NCBI GenBank assembly: GCA_023261755.1
Contig: JAGDXS010000026.1
Location: 22,015-86,014, forward strand
Direction of reading: 5' to 3'
Length of the DNA: 64,000 nucleotides
Source: Thermoplasmata archaeon
GTDB lineage: Archaea > Thermoplasmatota > Thermoplasmata > Thermoplasmatales > ARK-15
Positions within the stretch are counted from its first letter, which is position 1, and each line of letters opens with the position of its first letter. Made by a program: the position numbers and the translations under genes. Shown here in pieces: positions 58,985 through 64,000 of this stretch. Under the pieces are notes generated by a model. That model was not told the origin of the DNA, made no database searches, and saw only the letters and a program-made list of their open reading frames with translations.

Positions 58985-59605
58985 ATGAAAATAGGGCCTT
59001 CTATAGTTTCAGCTGATCTAACCTGTTTAATAAATGTTGTGAAAATTCTTGAAAATAATGGAATAGATTTCTATCATGTTGATGTAATGGACGGTAATTT
59101 TGTACCAAATATCACCGTAGGTCCAGATTTTGTTAAGACTCTTAGAAAAATTACTGAAAAACCAATTGAGGCACATTTAATGATATCAAGGCCAGATCTT
59201 TATGTTGAAAGATTTATTGATTCTGGTGCAGATATGATAACAGTGCATATTGAAAATGAATACTACAATGAAGCATTGAATAAGATGTCAAAAGTCAGAA
59301 AAGGAATTGCAATAAATCCAGAAACTGCAATAGAAAAGATAATACCTATTCTTGATAAAATAGATTTTGTCTTGGTAATGACCGTACACCCTGGATTTTC
59401 TGGTCAGAAATTCATTGAAAGTGTTGTCCCAAAAATGAAAAAATTAAAGGAAATTCAGAAAAATTATAATTTTGAAATATCAGTAGACGGAGGAATAAAT
59501 AAACATACTATTATAAAAGTAAAAGACTATGTAGATATGGTATGTGCAGCTTCAGGTATTTTTTCAGGTGATATTACAGAAAATATTAAAGCCTTAAGAA
59601 TTTAA
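58985..59605 (+). CDS. rpe: Ribulose-phosphate 3-epimerase
   Basis: HVDVMDGNFVPNIT.G, EAHLM, MTVHPGFSGQKF, VDGGIN. Confidence 0.95.
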   Translation: MKIGPSIVSADLTCLINVVKILENNGIDFYHVDVMDGNFVPNITVGPDFVKTLRKITEKPIEAHLMISRPDLYVERFIDSGADMITVHIENEYYNEALNKMSKVRKGIAINPETAIEKIIPILDKIDFVLVMTVHPGFSGQKFIESVVPKMKKLKEIQKNYNFEISVDGGINKHTIIKVKDYVDMVCAASGIFSGDITENIKALRI

Positions 59606-62382
59606 TCCCAGGATATGGGTGAATTGCATTTTGGACAAAATGGTTGAGCAGAATCTATTTCTGTCTCACACATTGGGCAATAATATTTTCTGTCTGTTTT
59701 AATTATTTTGTAAGATGAAACATTTTTTAAATACTCTTTTACTATATTTAATTTAGAAATTGGAATACCAGATTTTTCACTAATTGTTTTCAGATCTCCA
59801 GATTTTATTTCCATCAAGGTAAAATAGCCTGCATTGAAGAGTTTTTCAGCATCATCCTCATTGAGAGAAGGTAATTTTGAAAGTGCTTTAATTTTATATT
59901 TTTTATACATTGGGGATATTCCTATGTCAATGTTTCCTTCAAGAATTTCTTCAAAACTTAAAACAAGCATTTCATTTATTTTATCTGTAAAATTTATTAC
60001 TACAATTTTCAATTCCTTCATTAAATTCTCTTGATAAGGTTTTAAAATTGTTTTTAATATCTGTGAATCTGACATTGATATTCTTATATAATCATCATAA
60101 TCTACTTTTAATTTATTTTTCATGAACGAAATTCTTCTCTTTAATTTTTTTATTATATGAAGATTTTCAACATTTTCATTCGAATTAAAATCAATGTAAG
60201 CCCTTATGTTTGTTTTTTGTACAGCTTCAAAATTTTCTGGTAATTTTAATATGAAATCAACCATGTTTGATGTTATCGTTATTAACTGACCTTCAATTCC
60301 TACATTGTATCCATTTTTCTCTATTTCATCCTTTAATTTCTTTGGATCTATTTTTTGCAGAATCAATTCTATTGTATTAGCCAATGGCTTGTATATATCT
60401 CCAAGCTTATCCCTTTTAAGAACTACTTTATATTCCAAACCTTTCCATGCTTCAGTTATTTCTATATTTGTTGTGTTGAAAAATTCTTTTAATTCCTTTT
60501 TAATATTTACCAATACTGGAATAAACCTCATTTCTGTTTCAAATATTATTTTATTTATTGGTTTACTTAATTCAATATCTTTCTTCCTTTTCAAATTAGT
60601 AATATCTCTTTTTATTTCAAAAATGTCGTTAAAAATTTTTTCAAGAATTTCATTTATCATGAATTTTCCCTTTTCTATCTTGTTTATTTCATATGTAGTT
60701 TTATTTATAAATTCTAAAATTGTATAGGGAAAAAATGGGTATGAAATTGAGATTAATTCATTAATCAAATCAGAATTAATCTGTTCACCTCTTATAAGTT
60801 TCATATATTTTTTTGATAATGTCTCTATATAACCATAATAGTCACATAAAATATTATACAAATCAGGTTTTTCTATCTTTTCCATTAAGTTCTTTTTATA
60901 TTTTTCTGTTATTGAAAGAGCATATTGATCTATCATTGTTTCCTTCTGGTTTGTATTATGAATTAATGAATAATTGAGAATATTTTTTAGATGATTTTTT
61001 ATTTTAGAAATTTTTAACAAATCATTATTATTCAAAGTCCCATTCTTTTTTAATATGTATGCTAACCTTAAAACTTCTGGATCATAATCTTTTAATTCTT
61101 TCAATTCAGTATACCTTATGAATACATCTGTGATATAATTTGATTTTAAAGCGGAAAAAAAGAAAAACAGTGGAAATCTTTTCTTCAAATTTTTATGATT
61201 AATAAAAACCTTGTTCTTAATAGACTGCGTCATTGCGAAAACTCCAGCCGGAAGCAAATCTGGATCATAGGTATAATTGTTTTTCATTGTTCCCCCACAT
61301 GAACATGGTTTTTCCATGGAACCGTATTCAATTTTTCCGCACTTATCACATTCAAGTATAGGTATTTTTGGAAAATTTTTAAAATCCTTTGATATTAAAA
61401 TTTCCTTTACTTTTAATGATTTTTCAAATTTTTCAGGATGAAATTTTATTATTGAAGAATCCAGTTTTAAATAAATTTCTTTTGTTCTTTTTCTTCTTGC
61501 CTTCTTTCCACAGTATTTACAAAATGGAATTTCTTTTTGAACATTTTCGTGGTCTATTATTTCAAATTGTAACCTTTTAGCATTTTCACCTAAAATTTTT
61601 TCATCATTGCTGTTAACCTCACCTGAGAGTAATCTTGTATTTTGATTTTCTTTTATAATTGGTGAAAAATCTTTAAATTGATCTAGTATATCATTACCTG
61701 TCATATCAATTATTTTTGTGGGAAAGATTAATTGCTTTTCAGTTAATTTTTTAAAGGTATCAGAATGTATAATCCATTTTTCATTACCTTGATCTTGAAT
61801 TATAAATTTATCATATTTATTTATTATTAAACCTTCCACATTGAGTACTGTTTCTTCATCACCAAAATGAACAAAGTAGGTATTTTCATTAATTTTAATT
61901 TTGCAGTACAATATTCTGCCTTCACCAATTTCAAATTTGACGTCTCTAGTTGTAAGTGCCGTTTTACAATAATCGCAATAATAGGTTGATTTCTTTTTTA
62001 TGTAAATTTTTTGCATTTCATATAATTTCTGAATAAGAACATCCAATGCCCATATTGAATTAGGATCAACAGAAGATATTGTAATTCCATTCGTAAAAGA
62101 TTTTAATTTTTCCTGTAGTTCAGAGTAATTTATTGGTGTTTTCCTTATTACAACGGGAAGTATTGGGTCAAGGGGTATTATTAGTGATCCAGGAATAATA
62201 CTAGTGCCATAAGATAAAATACTTTTTTTCGATGGTTTGCCATAAATAATTTCCTTCAATCTATGATAAAAATCAGAATGAGAAATTGAACATAAATCAT
62301 CAGTAGAAACAGGAATTTTTGAAGGAAGCGATGAATCAATTGACAATCTTTCACCTATCATATTCATATAAAGAATTAGCAA
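59602..62382 (-). CDS. Catalytically degenerate isoleucyl-tRNA synthetase paralog fused to a HhH domain and a zinc ribbon
   Basis: Collinear IleRS landmarks (YCDYCKTAL, PFCKYC, IPILECDKCG..CSCGG.M, YDPEVLRL, DQYALS, LSKKY.KLIR, YPFFP, RRISFMK). HIGH, KMSKS, SRQR and WTTTPW are absent. Likely start is TTG 62346 after GGTGA. Confidence 0.8.
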   Translation of the reverse strand: MLILYMNMIGERLSIDSSLPSKIPVSTDDLCSISHSDFYHRLKEIIYGKPSKKSILSYGTSIIPGSLIIPLDPILPVVIRKTPINYSELQEKLKSFTNGITISSVDPNSIWALDVLIQKLYEMQKIYIKKKSTYYCDYCKTALTTRDVKFEIGEGRILYCKIKINENTYFVHFGDEETVLNVEGLIINKYDKFIIQDQGNEKWIIHSDTFKKLTEKQLIFPTKIIDMTGNDILDQFKDFSPIIKENQNTRLLSGEVNSNDEKILGENAKRLQFEIIDHENVQKEIPFCKYCGKKARRKRTKEIYLKLDSSIIKFHPEKFEKSLKVKEILISKDFKNFPKIPILECDKCGKIEYGSMEKPCSCGGTMKNNYTYDPDLLPAGVFAMTQSIKNKVFINHKNLKKRFPLFFFFSALKSNYITDVFIRYTELKELKDYDPEVLRLAYILKKNGTLNNNDLLKISKIKNHLKNILNYSLIHNTNQKETMIDQYALSITEKYKKNLMEKIEKPDLYNILCDYYGYIETLSKKYMKLIRGEQINSDLINELISISYPFFPYTILEFINKTTYEINKIEKGKFMINEILEKIFNDIFEIKRDITNLKRKKDIELSKPINKIIFETEMRFIPVLVNIKKELKEFFNTTNIEITEAWKGLEYKVVLKRDKLGDIYKPLANTIELILQKIDPKKLKDEIEKNGYNVGIEGQLITITSNMVDFILKLPENFEAVQKTNIRAYIDFNSNENVENLHIIKKLKRRISFMKNKLKVDYDDYIRISMSDSQILKTILKPYQENLMKELKIVVINFTDKINEMLVLSFEEILEGNIDIGISPMYKKYKIKALSKLPSLNEDDAEKLFNAGYFTLMEIKSGDLKTISEKSGIPISKLNIVKEYLKNVSSYKIIKTDRKYYCPMCETEIDSAQPFCPKCNSPISWD

Positions 62383-62396
62383 TATATATAATAAAT

Positions 62397-63800
62397 TTAT
62401 TCATTTCCCAAGAATTGCTTGAATATTTCCGGTATATTATCAATAATTTCAGATGTAAAATAAGAATAACTTTTATCATGAAAAGTTTTTTTGCCTGCCA
62501 TACCAACTATGAAGCTTGCAAGAGCTGCAGCATGAAATGGATCTATGTGCTTTGACATTAATCCTGCAACACTTCCTGTAAGAATATCTCCTGTCCCGCC
62601 TCTTGTCATGCTAGCGTGATGAAAATCTTTATTTTTCTTTATTACTTCACCATCCGAAATTATATCTATAGGTCCTTTAAGAAGAACTGTTGCATTTATT
62701 TTTTTTGCAATATATCTTACATTTTCTTCACTTGGATCTAAATTGAATGTTTGTTTAAATTCCCCCCTATGTGGAGTGATCACAGCCTGTCCGTTCAAAT
62801 CTGAATTTTCATCTATTGCTTGCAGAGCATCTGCGTCTATTACTATATATCTTCCGGTTTTTATTGTGAAATCTATTATTTTTCTTGCATTTTCAAGAGC
62901 TTCCCTGGATTTAGTAATACCAGGCCCTATGGAAACGGTAACATCTCTTTCTTCTATTAAGTGTTTAATTTCTTCATTAAACTCTATAAAATTATATCCA
63001 CATTTTCTTAGTATCATATCCTGAAATCCAGATAAATATGCATGTATACTTTCAGGAGCGAAAAGAAATACTAGATCAGGGCCCATTCTTGATGCTGCTT
63101 TTGCCATATATAGTGGTGCACCATAAAATAGGTGACTTCCACCAATTGCTAATATTATTCCATTATCACCCTTATGGCTTTCAGGCAAGTTTTTGTTATA
63201 GGCTAAAAATTCCCCTGGACCAACAGATTCAATTATTTCAACTGGAAAGCCTACGTCTGCAACTATAATTTTTCCACAATTTGTCTCATTCATACCCTCC
63301 TTGATAAATTGCATTGTAACAGTTATTGAAGGTTTTACAGAAACATTAGTAGGAAATCCGGATGGTACATCAACAGATATAACAAATTTTCTTGCACTAT
63401 TTAAAGATTCAATAACTGACCTATATGGCTCTTTAGGTTCATTTGTAATACCTATACCAAGCATTGCGTCTATGATAACATCATAATCAAAATTTAATTT
63501 TTCATCTATTTTTAATCCATTTTCTTTCGCAATTTGGAATTTTTTCTTGCACAGTGGAGATTCCGGTTCTTTTACTTTATATGCATGAACATCTACACCA
63601 TTCTTTAATAGGGAAATAGAAGCTGTATATCCATCACCACCATTGTTTCCATTTCCAGCTAATACTAAAACTTTCTTTGGATTTAATTTTAGAGTTTCTT
63701 TTGCCACTGCATTTCCAGCATTGTCCATCAATTTTTCCATTTCTATACCAAAATATTCCGCATTTTTATCAAGAATTCTCGCATCAATGATCTTGAACAT
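62397..63800 (-). CDS. nnr: Bifunctional NAD(P)H-hydrate epimerase/dehydratase
   Basis: GNGNNGGDG, DAMLG.G, SVDVPSG, HKGDNG, GPG, DADAL, ITPH.GEF, GGTGDILTG. Confidence 0.95.
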   Translation of the reverse strand: MFKIIDARILDKNAEYFGIEMEKLMDNAGNAVAKETLKLNPKKVLVLAGNGNNGGDGYTASISLLKNGVDVHAYKVKEPESPLCKKKFQIAKENGLKIDEKLNFDYDVIIDAMLGIGITNEPKEPYRSVIESLNSARKFVISVDVPSGFPTNVSVKPSITVTMQFIKEGMNETNCGKIIVADVGFPVEIIESVGPGEFLAYNKNLPESHKGDNGIILAIGGSHLFYGAPLYMAKAASRMGPDLVFLFAPESIHAYLSGFQDMILRKCGYNFIEFNEEIKHLIEERDVTVSIGPGITKSREALENARKIIDFTIKTGRYIVIDADALQAIDENSDLNGQAVITPHRGEFKQTFNLDPSEENVRYIAKKINATVLLKGPIDIISDGEVIKKNKDFHHASMTRGGTGDILTGSVAGLMSKHIDPFHAAALASFIVGMAGKKTFHDKSYSYFTSEIIDNIPEIFKQFLGNE

Positions 63801-63882
63801 ATATTAAAGATATAAAAATTAAATATATTAGCTTATAGTAAGAGCGCAATATTTTTTATAATAAAATTTATAATTGTTCCAT

Positions 63883-64000
63883 ATGAAAATTCATTTATCA
63901 AGAGAATATGGCGGTTGGGTAACTACAATTCTTACTTTTATTTTTTCTATTTCAATTTACCTAATTTTCGATAAAAATTTGCTTTATTTGATAATTTTTT
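63883..64000 (+). CDS. Partial membrane protein (YwiC-like N-terminus), truncated by the window end
   Basis: Hand translation MKIHLSREYGGWVTTILTFIFSISIYLIFDKNLLYLIIF; REYGGW resembles the YwiC-like xEHGAW motif. Confidence 0.45.
   Translation, partial: MKIHLSREYGGWVTTILTFIFSISIYLIFDKNLLYLIIF

Noticed and set aside
493-63486. The many 60-200 aa ORFs antisense to or nested in long genes (e.g. 15143..15643, 31575..32165, 57198..57659)
   Set aside because: They are shadows of well-supported genes, with no motifs or SD context.
1-64000. CRISPR array, IS elements, rRNA, SRP/RNase P RNA
   Set aside because: No regularly spaced direct repeats, no transposase motifs, and no long GC-rich non-coding tracts. 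The Cas4-like motifs belong to the AddAB-like proteins.

Overview
AT-rich archaeal chromosome segment, most likely from a member of the Thermoplasmata. This assignment is an inference from PolD, archaeal ribosomal and lipid genes, the long Spt5, the helicase-only Hef, rpe and a thermopsin-type 'VTFKEYGLP..W.V' module. It is mostly dense housekeeping DNA: aCPSF1, UDG, rnhB, PolD DP2, ahcY, porGDAB, pgk-rplX-pfdA-ftsY, alba, glyA, GGGPS/DGGGPS, pyrDK, coaBC, the dnaG-ftsZ-secE-spt5-rpl11-rpl1-P0-P1 cluster, HMG-CoA synthase/thiolase/DUF35, rpe and nnr. It also holds tRNA-Leu(GAG) and tRNA-Ile(GAT). Accessory-looking genes are an orphan VirD4/HerA-type ATPase, a bacterial-type AddAB-like helicase-nuclease pair, a TPR protein, a 1408-aa surface protein and a type IV pilus locus. 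Strongest leads: (1) a full-length IleRS paralog that has lost HIGH, KMSKS and the editing motifs but keeps the Zn sites and tRNA-binding domains and has gained a HhH + zinc-ribbon tail; (2) a mevalonate-cluster thiolase lacking both catalytic cysteines; (3) the AddAB-like pair with Fe-S motifs in both subunits; (4) three candidate cis-regulatory RNAs (an L1-binding leader, a ~100-nt dnaG 5'UTR hairpin, and an alba/sORF two-state hairpin); (5) two small ORFs missing from the supplied ORF track. No CRISPR array, transposase, integrase, intein or rRNA was seen. All family calls come from motif recognition by eye, without database searches.
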